61,443 bases of DNA, from assembly GCA_023428085.1 (NCBI GenBank), contig JAEYZK010000262.1:1-61443 (forward strand), written 5' to 3'. The notes beneath the pieces are model-generated. The model did not search any database. It saw only the letters and a list, made by a program, of their open reading frames with translations, and was not told the DNA's origin. This document shows, one piece after another, positions 1 through 9,613 of this stretch; within the stretch, counting starts at the first letter, position 1, and every line of letters begins with the position of its first letter. Source of the DNA: Pseudomonadota bacterium (GTDB lineage Bacteria; Myxococcota; Myxococcia; Myxococcales; Anaeromyxobacteraceae). Both the position numbers and the translations under genes were made by a program.

Positions 1-678
1 GGGTACGGGCGCGGCTTCCTCGCGTCGATGGGCATCTACCTGTTCGAGCGCGACTACCTCGAGAAGGTCGTCTCGGATCCGTCCCTCGTCGACTTCGGCC
101 GGCACGTCGTGCCGCGGGCCATCGGGACCACGCAGGTCCAGGCCCACGTGTTCCGCGGCTACTGGGAGGACGTCGGGACCATCGCGTCCTACTACCAGGC
201 CGGGCTCGCGCTCACCGCGCCGATCCCGCCGTTCGACTTCCACGACGCGAGCCGCCCGGTGTACACCCGGGCGCGGTTCCTGCCCGCCACCCGGATCGAG
301 GGCTGCACGCTGCACGCCGCCCTGGTCTCGGAGGGATGCATCCTGATGGGCGCCGAGATCGACCGGTCGATCGTCGGGATCCGCAGCCGCATCGGCCAGG
401 GCACGCTCGTGAAGGACTCGCTCGTGATCGGCGCGGACTCCTACGAGTCGCTCGCCGAGATCGACCGCGCCCAGGCGCGCGGGGTGCCGCCCATGGGCAT
501 CGGCCGCGACTGCGTCATCCAGGGCGCGATCGTGGACAAGAACGCGCGCATCGGCAACGGCGTCCGGATCCTGAACGAGGGCCGCATCCAGGAGGCCGAC
601 GGCCAGGGCTACTACATCCGCGAAGGGATCGTGATCGTGCCGAAGGGCGCAGCGATCCCGGACGGGACCGTGATCTGA
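1..678 (+). CDS. glgC: Glucose-1-phosphate adenylyltransferase, 5'-truncated by the window edge
   Basis: Frame is open from base 1 and reads ...LASMGIYLF...DFG...GYWEDVGTI..., followed by a C-terminal beta-helix with IVDKNARIG, typical of GlgC. Confidence 0.93.
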   Translation, partial: GYGRGFLASMGIYLFERDYLEKVVSDPSLVDFGRHVVPRAIGTTQVQAHVFRGYWEDVGTIASYYQAGLALTAPIPPFDFHDASRPVYTRARFLPATRIEGCTLHAALVSEGCILMGAEIDRSIVGIRSRIGQGTLVKDSLVIGADSYESLAEIDRAQARGVPPMGIGRDCVIQGAIVDKNARIGNGVRILNEGRIQEADGQGYYIREGIVIVPKGAAIPDGTVI

Positions 679-788
679 CGGCGCGGTCGCGCCGTACCCG
701 GCCCGGCCAGGTTCACCCATAGGCAAGCGACCGTTCGCCAGGTGGCCGCCGCTTGCGGCGACGGCCGCTCTCGCTCTAAGTACGGGTC

Positions 789-1013
789 ATGGCCACCGCC
801 AAGAAGAAGACCGAGGCCCCCAGCACCCGTACGGCGCCCCGCCCGCAGGCCGAGCGCCGCGTCGAGGCCGCGCCGCCCGCGCGCGCCACGCGCCAGCCGT
901 CGCACGACGCCGTCGCGCGCAGGGCGTTCGAGCTGTGGGAGCAGGAGGGCCGCCCGCCGGGCCGCGATCGGGAGCACTGGCTGCAGGCCGAGGCCGAGCT
1001 GCGGGAGGCGTAG
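789..1013 (+). CDS. DUF2934 domain small protein
   Basis: Motif 'VARRAFELWEQEGRPPGRDREHWLQAEAEL'. Confidence 0.85.
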   Translation: MATAKKKTEAPSTRTAPRPQAERRVEAAPPARATRQPSHDAVARRAFELWEQEGRPPGRDREHWLQAEAELREA

Positions 1014-1231
1014 CCCTCGGACGCGCGCAGGGAGACGGCGAGGGGCCACGTTCGGGGCGTCGCGGAGCAGACTCCCGGAACATCGGGATTCCCCTGTCTT
1101 CACGCGCAGTTCCGGTCCCGCCCGGCCCGGGCCCGCGCACGGATCGGCTGCGGGTCCGGCACTCCTCTACTCTCCGTTCATGCGCGGCGGTATCCTGCGG
1201 GTCGCTGGGGGGCTGCATCGCTGGAACGCGC

Positions 1232-3112
1232 ATGACGCTGCCCGCAGGCATCACGCTGCTCTCGACCGGGATCGCGCTCTTCTTCGCCATCCTGTCATGG
1301 ATGTTCTCGCGCGCGCCGGGCTGGCAGGACCAGCGCTCGTTCTCGCTGGTCGCGCTCAGCGTCAGCATCTACGCAGCGCTCAACGTCCCGACGACCGCGC
1401 CGGTCTTCGGCGACGGCGGCGTCGTCGTCTGCTCGCGCCTGCAGATCGCCGCCGCCGCGCTCCACGCGGCTGCGTGGCTCCGCTACAGCAGCGTCCTCCT
1501 GCGCGACCCGCGCTCCTCGATCGATCGCGTCCTCACCGGCGCGCTCGGCGCGCTCGCGGTCGTCGGCCTCTCGACCCCCGCGATGGTCCCCGGGGGCGTC
1601 CGGACGGACCAGTTCGAGCTCGTCCGCGCCACCTACCGGACCGCCGTCATGACCCCGGCGGGCAGCGTGACCTGGGCCCTGCTGCTGGGGATCCTCGTGG
1701 TCCCGCTCCTCCGCCTGCGCCGGGCGGCGCGGGCGGGGGTCCCGAACGCGGGGCTCCAGATGCTGGCGCTCTGCGTCCTCCTCGCGATGGGGATCAACGA
1801 CGCGCTCGTCGCGAGCGGCGCGTACAGCGGCCCGTACCTCGTCGATCTCGCGTACCTCGTCCCCATCGCGGCCGTCGGCTACTCGAGCGCGGCGCGCTTC
1901 GTCGCGGACGCGCGGGCGCTGGCGGCGCTCCGCTGCCGGCTCGAGGGCGAGGTGGCGGAGCGCACCGCCGAGCTCGGCCGCGCCCAGGACGCCCTGCACC
2001 GGGCCGAGAAGCTCGCCGCCATCGGCCAGGTCGCGGCGGGCGTCGCCCACGAGGTGAACAACCCCTCGGCCGTGGTGAGCGCGAACCTCCAGTACCTGAG
2101 CGAGGCCGAGGCCGACGCCCTCTCCGCCGCCGGCCGCGACGCGATCCAGGAGTCGCTCCGCTCGGTGCAGCGCATCTCCACCATCGTCCGGCAGCTCCTC
2201 GACGCGGGCCGGCTCGCCGCCGCGCCCGAGCCCAACGTGGGCGTGGCCGCGCGCCCGCTCGCCGACGTGGCGCTCAAGGTGGCGCGGACGCGGCACGGGA
2301 CGCGGGTCGCGCTCGTGAACGCCGTGCCCGACGACCTGTACGTCTCCGGCCAGGAGAGCGTCCTCGTGCAGGTGCTGGTGAACCTGGTGGTGAACGCGGT
2401 CCACGCCATCCCGGACCACCGCCCCGACGGCCGGGTGGCGCTGCGGGCCGAGGCGGACGGCGACCGCGTGCGGCTCGTCGTCGAGGACAACGGCACGGGC
2501 ATGGAGCCCGAGGTGCTCCGCCGCGTCTTCGAGCCGTTCTTCACCACGAAGCCCTTCGGGACGGGCACCGGCCTCGGCCTCGCCGTCTCCCGCGGCCTGG
2601 TGCTGAGCCTGGGCGGCGACCTGCGGCTGGAGAGCCAGCCCGGGGTCGGCACCCGCGCCGTCATCGAGCTCGGCCGGGCGGCGGCGACCGCGCCCGCCGC
2701 CCCCGAGGCCGCCCGCCTGCCGGGCGAGCCGATCCTGCGCCTCCTCCTCGTGGACGACGAGCCGTCCATGCTGACGTCGGCGCGCCGCCTGCTCGAGGCG
2801 CGCTACCAGGTGGAGATCGCGTCCGGGGTGGACGAGGGGCTCGCGCGGATCGAGAGCGCGGGCCGCTTCGATCTCGTCCTCTGCGACGTGATGATGCCCG
2901 CCGGCGGCGGCGAGCGGCTCTACCACACGCTCCTGGGGCGGCGCCCGGCCATGGCCCGCCGCATCGTGTTCCTGACCGGCGGCGCGGTCACCGACGGCGC
3001 GCAGCGCTTCCTCCACGCGCAGCCGCAGCCCGTGCTCTACAAGCCGCTGGACCTCGCGGCGCTCGCCCGCGCCGCCGACGAGGTCGCGCAGTCGGCGAAC
3101 GCGCTGCACTGA
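1232..3112 (+). CDS. Membrane-bound hybrid sensor histidine kinase (multi-TM N-terminus, HisKA, HATPase, C-terminal receiver)
   Basis: Hydrophobic N-terminal helices; H-box AHEVNNP; N/G boxes (NLVVNA, DNGTGM, FFTTK, GTGLGL); receiver LLLVDDE...CDVMMP...KP. Start taken at ATG 1232 within ORF 935..3112. Confidence 0.9.
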   Translation: MTLPAGITLLSTGIALFFAILSWMFSRAPGWQDQRSFSLVALSVSIYAALNVPTTAPVFGDGGVVVCSRLQIAAAALHAAAWLRYSSVLLRDPRSSIDRVLTGALGALAVVGLSTPAMVPGGVRTDQFELVRATYRTAVMTPAGSVTWALLLGILVVPLLRLRRAARAGVPNAGLQMLALCVLLAMGINDALVASGAYSGPYLVDLAYLVPIAAVGYSSAARFVADARALAALRCRLEGEVAERTAELGRAQDALHRAEKLAAIGQVAAGVAHEVNNPSAVVSANLQYLSEAEADALSAAGRDAIQESLRSVQRISTIVRQLLDAGRLAAAPEPNVGVAARPLADVALKVARTRHGTRVALVNAVPDDLYVSGQESVLVQVLVNLVVNAVHAIPDHRPDGRVALRAEADGDRVRLVVEDNGTGMEPEVLRRVFEPFFTTKPFGTGTGLGLAVSRGLVLSLGGDLRLESQPGVGTRAVIELGRAAATAPAAPEAARLPGEPILRLLLVDDEPSMLTSARRLLEARYQVEIASGVDEGLARIESAGRFDLVLCDVMMPAGGGERLYHTLLGRRPAMARRIVFLTGGAVTDGAQRFLHAQPQPVLYKPLDLAALARAADEVAQSANALH

Positions 3113-3294
3113 ATCGATTCGGCGCCGGTCCTCTGCGCTCCACGCCGCGGGAGGAGGAGGGATCACGGCCACCCGACGGCCGCGGCTCCCCTCGCTGCAC
3201 ACCTCGGCGCCGCCGCCCGTACACGTCTCCGTCAGGGGGTCACCCTAGGTTGAGTCCGTCGGCCCACGCATCACGCTCCCGGGAGGAGGACGAG

Positions 3295-4518
3295 ATGGAC
3301 GTGTTCGCGAAGTGTGCGCAGGTGCCCGTCGCGCGCCAGCTGAAGGACGAGGGGTTCGATGCGTTCTACCGGGTCCTGCAGTCGGCGCCCGACGCGGAGG
3401 TGGTCGTGGAGGGCCGGCGGCTCATCATGCTCGGCTCGAACAACTACCTCGGCCTCGCGGACGACCCGCGCGTGAAGAAGGCCGCGGCCGAGGCCACGGC
3501 CGCCTGGGGCGCCGGCACGACCGGATCCCGCTGCCTCAACGGCACGCTCGACCTGCACGCGCAGCTCGAGGTGCGCCTGGCGCGGTTCTTCGGGCGCGAC
3601 GAGGCCCTCTTCTTCACCTCGGGCTACATGGCGAACCTGGGCGTGATCGCCGGGCTCGCGGGCCGCGGCGACAACGTGATCGTCGATCGGCGCGCGCACG
3701 CGAGCATCCTGGACGGCTGCCGCCTCTCGACCGCCGAGGTCCGCCGGTTCCGGCACAACGACACGAAGGATCTGGAGCGCGTCCTGGAGGAGTGCGGCGA
3801 CGCCGGCAAGCTCGTCGTCGTGGACGGCGTCTACTCGATGGAGGGCGACATCGCGCCCCTCCCGGCGATCGTCGCCGCCTGCCGCGCGCACGGCGCCCGC
3901 CTGGTGCTCGACGACGCGCACGGGCTCGGCGTGCTCGGACGGACCGGCCGCGGCACCGCCGAGCACTTCCACCTCGAGGACGAGGTGGACGTCGTGGTCG
4001 GCACCACCAGCAAGTCGCTGCCGGGGCTGGGCGGCTTCGCGGTGGCGGACCGACAGGTGATCGAGTACCTCCGCTACGGCGGGCAGAACCGACCGTTCAT
4101 CTTCGCGGCGAGCCCGCCCGCCGGCGTCATCGCGGCGGTCTCGACCGCGCTCGAGATCCTGGAGGAGGAGCCCGAGCGCCGGCGCCACCTGTGGAAGCTC
4201 ACGCGCCGGGCGCAGGCCGAGCTCGCGGCCATGGGCTACGACACGGGGGGCTCCGAGACGCCCATCATCCCGGTGGTGGCAGGCACGCTCGAGCGCACGT
4301 TCGCGATGTGGAAGGCGCTCACGGAGGAAGGGCTGTTCGTGAACGTGGTCCTCCCGCCCGCCGTTCCCGCCGGGGGGTGCCTCATCCGCATGACGTTCAC
4401 GGCGTCCCTCACCGAGGCGCACCTCGACCGGATCCTGGACGCGTTCCAGCGCGTCGGCACGCGGCTCGGGATCATCCCCGGCGGTCCGCGGGTGGCGGAG
4501 GCGCGGAGGGCCGGCTAG
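3295..4518 (+). CDS. PLP-dependent alpha-oxoamine synthase, most like serine palmitoyltransferase
   Basis: GSNNYLGL, GTTGSRCLNGT, DGVYSMEGD, DDAHG, GTTSKS (PLP Lys); SD GGAGGAGG before ATG 3295. Confidence 0.8.
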   Translation: MDVFAKCAQVPVARQLKDEGFDAFYRVLQSAPDAEVVVEGRRLIMLGSNNYLGLADDPRVKKAAAEATAAWGAGTTGSRCLNGTLDLHAQLEVRLARFFGRDEALFFTSGYMANLGVIAGLAGRGDNVIVDRRAHASILDGCRLSTAEVRRFRHNDTKDLERVLEECGDAGKLVVVDGVYSMEGDIAPLPAIVAACRAHGARLVLDDAHGLGVLGRTGRGTAEHFHLEDEVDVVVGTTSKSLPGLGGFAVADRQVIEYLRYGGQNRPFIFAASPPAGVIAAVSTALEILEEEPERRRHLWKLTRRAQAELAAMGYDTGGSETPIIPVVAGTLERTFAMWKALTEEGLFVNVVLPPAVPAGGCLIRMTFTASLTEAHLDRILDAFQRVGTRLGIIPGGPRVAEARRAG

Positions 4519-4527
4519 GACGGGGGG

Positions 4528-5613
4528 ATGGCGTTCCCGATCCCTCCGCCCATCGCGCCGATGCTCGCCAAGGCCAGCCCGTCGCTCCCCGCGGGCGACG
4601 GCTGGCTGTTCGAGCCGAAGTGGGACGGCTTCCGGGCGCTGGTCTTCCGCGACGGGCCCGAGGTCTACCTCCAGTCGCGCGAGCAGAAGCCCCTCGACCG
4701 CTACTTCCCGGAGCTCCTCGTGCCGCTGCGGCACGGCCTCCCGGATCGCTGCGTGCTCGACGGGGAGATCGTCGTGGCGGGGCCGAAGGGGCTCGACTTC
4801 GAGGCCCTGCTGCTCCGGATCCACCCGGCGGCCTCGCGCGTCCGGCTCCTCGCGGAGGAGCAGCCGGCGAGCATCGTGTTCTTCGATCTGCTCGCGCTCG
4901 GCGACCGCGACCTGCGGGCGGCGCCGCTCGCCGAGCGGCGGACCCTCCTCGAGCGCGCCCTCGGGGGCGCGCGGCCCCCGCTCCACCTCACCCCGGCGAC
5001 GCGCGACGGCGCGACGGCGGCGGACTGGTTCCGCCGGTTCGAGGGCGCCGGCCTCGACGGCGTCGTCGCCAAGCGGCTCGAGCTGCCCTACCAGCCGGGG
5101 GTGCGCGCGATGGTGAAGGTGAAGCACGCGCGGACCGCCGACTGCGTGGTGGCGGGGTTCCGCTGGCACAAGGACGGCAAGGGCACGATGGTCGGCTCCC
5201 TGCTCCTCGGGCTGCACGACCTCGAGGGCACGCTCCACCACGTCGGCATCTGCAGCGCGTTCACCACGGTCCGGCGGAGGGAGCTCGTCCAGGAGCTCGC
5301 GCCGCTGCGCGAGGGCGCGGCGGAGGGCCACCCGTGGCGCGACTGGGCGGAGTGGTCGGAGGCGGGCGAGGACCCGGGCCGGCGGCTCCCCGGCGCGTCG
5401 AGCCGGTGGAACCGCGGCAAGGACCTCTCGTGGGAGCCGCTCCGCGTCGAGCGCGTGATCGAGGTCGCGTACGACCACCTCCAGGGCAACCGGTTCCGGC
5501 ACGCCACCCAGTTCGTGCGCTGGCGGCCGGACCGCTCGCCGGCGGACTGCCGGTACGATCAGCTCGAGGTGACGCCGCCGTACGAGCTCAAGCAGATCTT
5601 CGCGGGGTCGTGA
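4528..5613 (+). CDS. ligC: ATP-dependent DNA ligase, LigC type
   Basis: EPKWDGFR adenylation motif, DGEIV, FDLL, DGVVAK, KVKH; C-terminal SRWNRGKDLSWEPLR and RFRH...RWRPDR characteristic of LigC. Confidence 0.88.
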   Translation: MAFPIPPPIAPMLAKASPSLPAGDGWLFEPKWDGFRALVFRDGPEVYLQSREQKPLDRYFPELLVPLRHGLPDRCVLDGEIVVAGPKGLDFEALLLRIHPAASRVRLLAEEQPASIVFFDLLALGDRDLRAAPLAERRTLLERALGGARPPLHLTPATRDGATAADWFRRFEGAGLDGVVAKRLELPYQPGVRAMVKVKHARTADCVVAGFRWHKDGKGTMVGSLLLGLHDLEGTLHHVGICSAFTTVRRRELVQELAPLREGAAEGHPWRDWAEWSEAGEDPGRRLPGASSRWNRGKDLSWEPLRVERVIEVAYDHLQGNRFRHATQFVRWRPDRSPADCRYDQLEVTPPYELKQIFAGS

Positions 5614-5627
5614 CGCTGCGTGAACCT

Positions 5628-5720
5628 CTGCGCGCGCCGAGCCCGTGGAAGCACGAGCGCCGCGAGGACAGCACGCGCCGTGAGCATCCGCTCGTGCTGA
5701 ACCTGTCGAAGCACGGGCGG
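5628..5720. repeat. Two tandem copies (one degenerate) of a 33-bp REP-like palindrome
   Basis: 5688-5720 CCGCTCGTGCTGAACCTGTCGAAGCACGGGCGG; degenerate copy at 5628-5660; near-identical copy at 12631-12663. Confidence 0.8.
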
Positions 5721-5975
5721 CGCAAGGCCGCGCTGGGCGTACGCCTCGCCTCCGGCGCGTCGCCGTCGCGGGCCGCTCGCCCGGAGAGGATTCACGGTCC
5801 GTGTTTCGGTCCGGGGAGGCCGCTGGAGGCGTGGCGTTCTGCTTCCTCCCCGGGCGAATTGCCATCACCCCGGAGGTGGGCACCCGGAGCGCGCCCTCGC
5901 ACCTGGATGGAACATCTCCGGTTCTCCCGCCGCCGCCGCGGACCTCCGTCACTCGCCCGAGGTGCAGAGCGCGCT

Positions 5976-5991
5976 CGGCACCGGAATTGCT
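5976..5991 (+). promoter_or_regulatory. Putative sigma-54 (-24/-12) promoter
   Basis: CGGCACCGGAATTGCT matches TGGCAC-N5-TTGCW with exact GG-N10-GC spacing, about 40 nt upstream of ATG 6029. Confidence 0.65.
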
Positions 5992-6028
5992 CGCTCGAGG
6001 ACCGACGAGCCTCGTTCGGGGAGACACC

Positions 6029-6454
6029 ATGAACCACGATCACCTCCGCAGCGCCGAAGAGCTGGAGCCCGAGGCTCCCGCGAGCATCTCGGACGCGATC
6101 CGCCAGGTGCTCGAGGTCGGGAGCGCGGCCGGGCTGCTCATGCCGGGCCACGCGGGCCTGGTGGAGCTGGTCCCGTCGCAGGGCGTGCTCTTCGCCCTCG
6201 GCGACGGGTCCGAGGCCGACGATCTCGCCTGGCTGGCGGACGGCGAGGTGTATCGCCTGCGAGACCTCATCCGCGCGCGGCGCCTGTCGCGAGCGACGGC
6301 CGCCTCCGTCGTGAACCGCCTCGCGTACGCGCGGCGCTCGCACGCCGGCGCGCGGCGGCGCGCATTCGCAATGCTGGGGCGCACCGTACACCTGGTCGAG
6401 TCCGAGCAGCTCGCGGCGGAGATCCGCAGGATCGTGGCCGAGGTGATGAGCTGA
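6029..6454 (+). CDS. Hypothetical protein (141 aa)
   Basis: GGAGA SD before ATG 6029, GC3-rich codon usage, no family recognised. Confidence 0.6.
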   Translation: MNHDHLRSAEELEPEAPASISDAIRQVLEVGSAAGLLMPGHAGLVELVPSQGVLFALGDGSEADDLAWLADGEVYRLRDLIRARRLSRATAASVVNRLAYARRSHAGARRRAFAMLGRTVHLVESEQLAAEIRRIVAEVMS

Positions 6455-6512
6455 GCCACGCTCCGGGAGCGGCGGCGCAGAGCTCCCCGGATGAGCGCGG
6501 CTGCGCGGCGGG

Positions 6513-8114
6513 TCATCCGGCCGCACGACCGGCGTCGCGATCTCGTACAGGCTCCGCGTCACCCGCCGGGATCGGGTGCAGGGCCGCGGGCGCGTCGAGC
6601 CGCGTGCGCGGCAGGTAGCGGCCGTCGTCGAGCCGCTGCACGTAACCGAGGAGGTGCTCACGGACGGCGCAGCGGAGGTCCCAGGCCCGGCTCGAGTCCG
6701 CCGCCGAGACGAGCGCCCGGAGCTGCACCGTCCGCTCGGTCGCGTCCGTGACCTGCAAGCCGACCACCTTGCGATCCCACTCCGGTCGCGTCGCGACGAA
6801 CTGCTCCAGCTCCCGGCGGACCCGATCGACGGGGAGCCCGTAGTCGGCGTACAGGAAGACGGTGCCCAGGATGTCGGCCCCGGCGCGGGTCCAGTTCTGG
6901 AACGGAGCCTCGAGGATCCGCGTGATCGGGATGATCAGGCGGCGGAGATCCCAGACCTTCACGACCACGTACGTGAGCGTGATCTCCTCGACGGTCCCCC
7001 ACTCGCCCTCGATCACCACGACGTCCCCGGCGCGGACCGGCTGCGTCAGCGAGATCTGCAGCCCCGCGAGCAGGGTCCCGAGCGTACGCTGCGCGGCGAA
7101 CCCGAGCACGATCCCGGCCACCCCCGCCGAGGCCAGGAGCGACGTCCCGACCGCCCGCAGCGGATCGAACTGGAGCAGGACGAGGGCGCCCCCCACGACC
7201 ACCACCACCACGTCGGCGATCCGCCGCATCACCATGACCTGCGTGAGGCGGGACCGCGCCGCCGCGTCCGCCGCACCGGCCGAGACCCGCTCGGTGAGCA
7301 CGGCCGCGCCGAACCGGATGGCGCGCAGGCCCATCCAGGAGAAGAGCACGACGGCGGCGATCCGGAGACCGCCGTCCAGGACGGCCTGCGGACCGAGCGC
7401 GAGGCGCAAGGCGCGCTGCGCCGCGGCGAACGTGACGATCCCGAGCAGCAGGCGCGCGGGGCCGGACGCGGAGTCGATCAGGTGGTCGTCCCAGGTGAAC
7501 CGGGTCCGCCGCGCGAGGAGGAGCGCCAGCCGGCGCGCGAGGGCGCCGAGCCCGAGCGCGGCGAGGAGGGCCAGCGCGAGCGCGACGGCGAGCCCCACCC
7601 ACTGCCACGCGGGGACGCCGAGCCAGACCATCTCGGCGAGCGCCCGCGGCACGCGCTCGCCGATCCACCCCGGACCCAGCGCCGCGTGGAGCGCGGGCGC
7701 GGCGGCGACGATGACAGGCCCGAGCCTCCACCCGCCCGCGTCGCGGACCAGCCGGACCGGCACGGCGCCGCCGTCCATCGGGAGGTGCCCCAGCAGGTCG
7801 GCATCGCGGCCGTCCGCGGGATCGCCGTCGGGCTCGTCCGAGATGGCCTCCCAGTCGAGCCGGAGGTGCCGCTCGAGGACCTGCGCGATCTGGCGGGCGA
7901 GGCGGGGCCCCTCCACGGCGCGCCGCGCCGCGGGCACGGCGCGCAGGTCGAGGAGCGCGGCCGCCGCCTCGTGGTCTCCCGCTCGCGCGGCCGCGAGGAA
8001 CGCCTGCAGCGCACGCCGCGGCGTGGTCGGGGCGGGCTCCGCCGCGACCGGAGACGAGGGGAGCGCGACGAGCAACGCGAGTCCGGCGGCGAGCGCCCTG
8101 GTGCGAGGGACCAT
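6513..8114 (-). CDS. MscS-family mechanosensitive channel with N-terminal periplasmic domain
   Basis: Signal peptide, 'TPRRALQAFL', TM helices, 'LASAGVAGIVLGFAAQRTL...GDVVVIEGEWGTVEEITLTYV'; start at ATG 8114 inside ORF 6513..9746. Confidence 0.88.
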   Translation of the reverse strand: MVPRTRALAAGLALLVALPSSPVAAEPAPTTPRRALQAFLAAARAGDHEAAAALLDLRAVPAARRAVEGPRLARQIAQVLERHLRLDWEAISDEPDGDPADGRDADLLGHLPMDGGAVPVRLVRDAGGWRLGPVIVAAAPALHAALGPGWIGERVPRALAEMVWLGVPAWQWVGLAVALALALLAALGLGALARRLALLLARRTRFTWDDHLIDSASGPARLLLGIVTFAAAQRALRLALGPQAVLDGGLRIAAVVLFSWMGLRAIRFGAAVLTERVSAGAADAAARSRLTQVMVMRRIADVVVVVVGGALVLLQFDPLRAVGTSLLASAGVAGIVLGFAAQRTLGTLLAGLQISLTQPVRAGDVVVIEGEWGTVEEITLTYVVVKVWDLRRLIIPITRILEAPFQNWTRAGADILGTVFLYADYGLPVDRVRRELEQFVATRPEWDRKVVGLQVTDATERTVQLRALVSAADSSRAWDLRCAVREHLLGYVQRLDDGRYLPRTRLDAPAALHPIPAGDAEPVRDRDAGRAAG

Positions 8115-8230
8115 CGCCCGACCATCGCACGCGCGCCGCGGCGAAGCCCGCGCCGCTTGGGGCGGTGCCGCACGCTCGGCCCACGCGGCGGTGGAGCGTG
8201 ACCCTCCGCCCCCGGATGGTCGCGCGTTCA

Positions 8231-8280
8231 CCTTGCAAGCAAGCGTCGGTTGTGGCCTTGTCACATGCGTTACTAACACA
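8231..8280 (+). promoter_or_regulatory. AT-richer divergent promoter region with possible LacI-family operator (GTCACATGCGTTAC)
   Basis: Imperfect palindrome at 8260-8273 just upstream of the sugar ABC operon that ends in a LacI gene. Confidence 0.35.
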
Positions 8281-8306
8281 CGGCCGCCCCGGCCGCGGAG
8301 GAGACC

Positions 8307-9587
8307 ATGAGGAGCTGGATCCTTGCAGCCGCGCTGCTTGCCCCCCTCGTCGTGCTCCCGGCCTGCAAGAAGGGCCGGACGGGCGGCACCGTCACGGTCC
8401 TGGGCGTCTGGGGCGGAGCCGAGCTGGAGACCTTCCAGCGCATGGTGAAGCCCTTCGAGGAGCGGACCGGCGTCCGCGTCGAGTTCGAGGCGACGCGCGA
8501 CCTCGACGCCGTGCTCACCACGCGCGTGGCGGCGGGGAACCCGCCCGACCTCGCCGTCCTGCCCAGCCCTGGCAAGATGGCCGACCTCGCCCGGCAGGGG
8601 AAGCTCGTCGACCTGGGCGGCGTGCTCGACGTCGCGAAGCTCCGGAAGTCGTACGCGCAGGGCTGGATCGACCTCGGCAGCGTCGACGGCAAGCTCGTGG
8701 GCATCTTCCCGAAGGCCGATCTCAAGGGGCTCGTGTGGTACGACCCCAGGGCGCTCGCGGCGGCCGGCCTGAGCGCCAGCCCCGCCACGCTGGGCGAGCT
8801 CCTCGGGCAGGCCCAGCGCGTCGCGGCCAAGGGCGTCACGCCGTTCGCGATCGGGATCGAGAGCGGAGCGGCGAGCGGCTGGGTGGGGACCGACTGGCTC
8901 GAGAACATCCTCCTCAAGACGCACGGCCCCGAGACGTACAGGGCCTGGTACGAGGGCCGGCTGGCCTGGACCTCCCCGGAGGTGAAGCTGGCGTTCGAGA
9001 CCTGGGGCCAGATCGTCGGGGATCCGAAGCTCACCTACGGCGGCCGACCGTACGTGCTCTCGACCAACTTCGGCAGCGCCTTCACCCCGTTGTTCGAGGC
9101 GCCGCCCAGGGCGTACTTCCACTTCCAGGCGACGTTCATCCAGGGGTTCATCACGAAGCAGTACCCGTCGCTGAGGGCGGGCGAGGACTTCCGCTTCTTC
9201 GCCCTGCCGCCCGTCCGGCCGGAGTACGCCGACGCGGCGGAGATCTCGGGCGATCTGGTCGGCATGTTCCGCGACACCAAGGCGGCGGCGGCCTTCCTCG
9301 CGTACCTCACCACGGCCGAGGCGCAGAGCCACTGGGTGAAGGCGGGGAACGGCCTCTCGCCCAACCGCGACGTCTCGCTCGACGACTACCCGAACGCGCT
9401 CGCCAGGAGCGCTGCCCAGATCCTCACCTCGGCCGAGCGGACCGTGTTCGACGCCTCGGACATGATGCCGAGCAAGATGAACGCCGCGTTCTGGTCCGGC
9501 GTGGTGAGCTTCGTCGCCAATCCCGACGACCTCGACCGCATCCTGGCCGAGCTCGAGGCGGTCCGCGGGGAGGCCTACGCGCGCTAG
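8307..9587 (+). CDS. Sugar ABC transporter substrate-binding lipoprotein (AglE-like, alpha-glucoside type)
   Basis: Lipobox LPAC; GNPPDLA, KGLVWY, ESGAASGWVGTDWLE, FDASDMMP motifs. Confidence 0.85.
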   Translation: MRSWILAAALLAPLVVLPACKKGRTGGTVTVLGVWGGAELETFQRMVKPFEERTGVRVEFEATRDLDAVLTTRVAAGNPPDLAVLPSPGKMADLARQGKLVDLGGVLDVAKLRKSYAQGWIDLGSVDGKLVGIFPKADLKGLVWYDPRALAAAGLSASPATLGELLGQAQRVAAKGVTPFAIGIESGAASGWVGTDWLENILLKTHGPETYRAWYEGRLAWTSPEVKLAFETWGQIVGDPKLTYGGRPYVLSTNFGSAFTPLFEAPPRAYFHFQATFIQGFITKQYPSLRAGEDFRFFALPPVRPEYADAAEISGDLVGMFRDTKAAAAFLAYLTTAEAQSHWVKAGNGLSPNRDVSLDDYPNALARSAAQILTSAERTVFDASDMMPSKMNAAFWSGVVSFVANPDDLDRILAELEAVRGEAYAR

Positions 9588-9613
9588 CGCGCGCGCTGCG
9601 GGCCGGGGAAGCG

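Noticed and set aside
5628..5720. Two 33-bp repeats with a 27-bp gap resembling a mini-CRISPR
   Set aside because: Only two divergent copies, and the same element is dispersed at other intergenic sites, so it behaves like a REP
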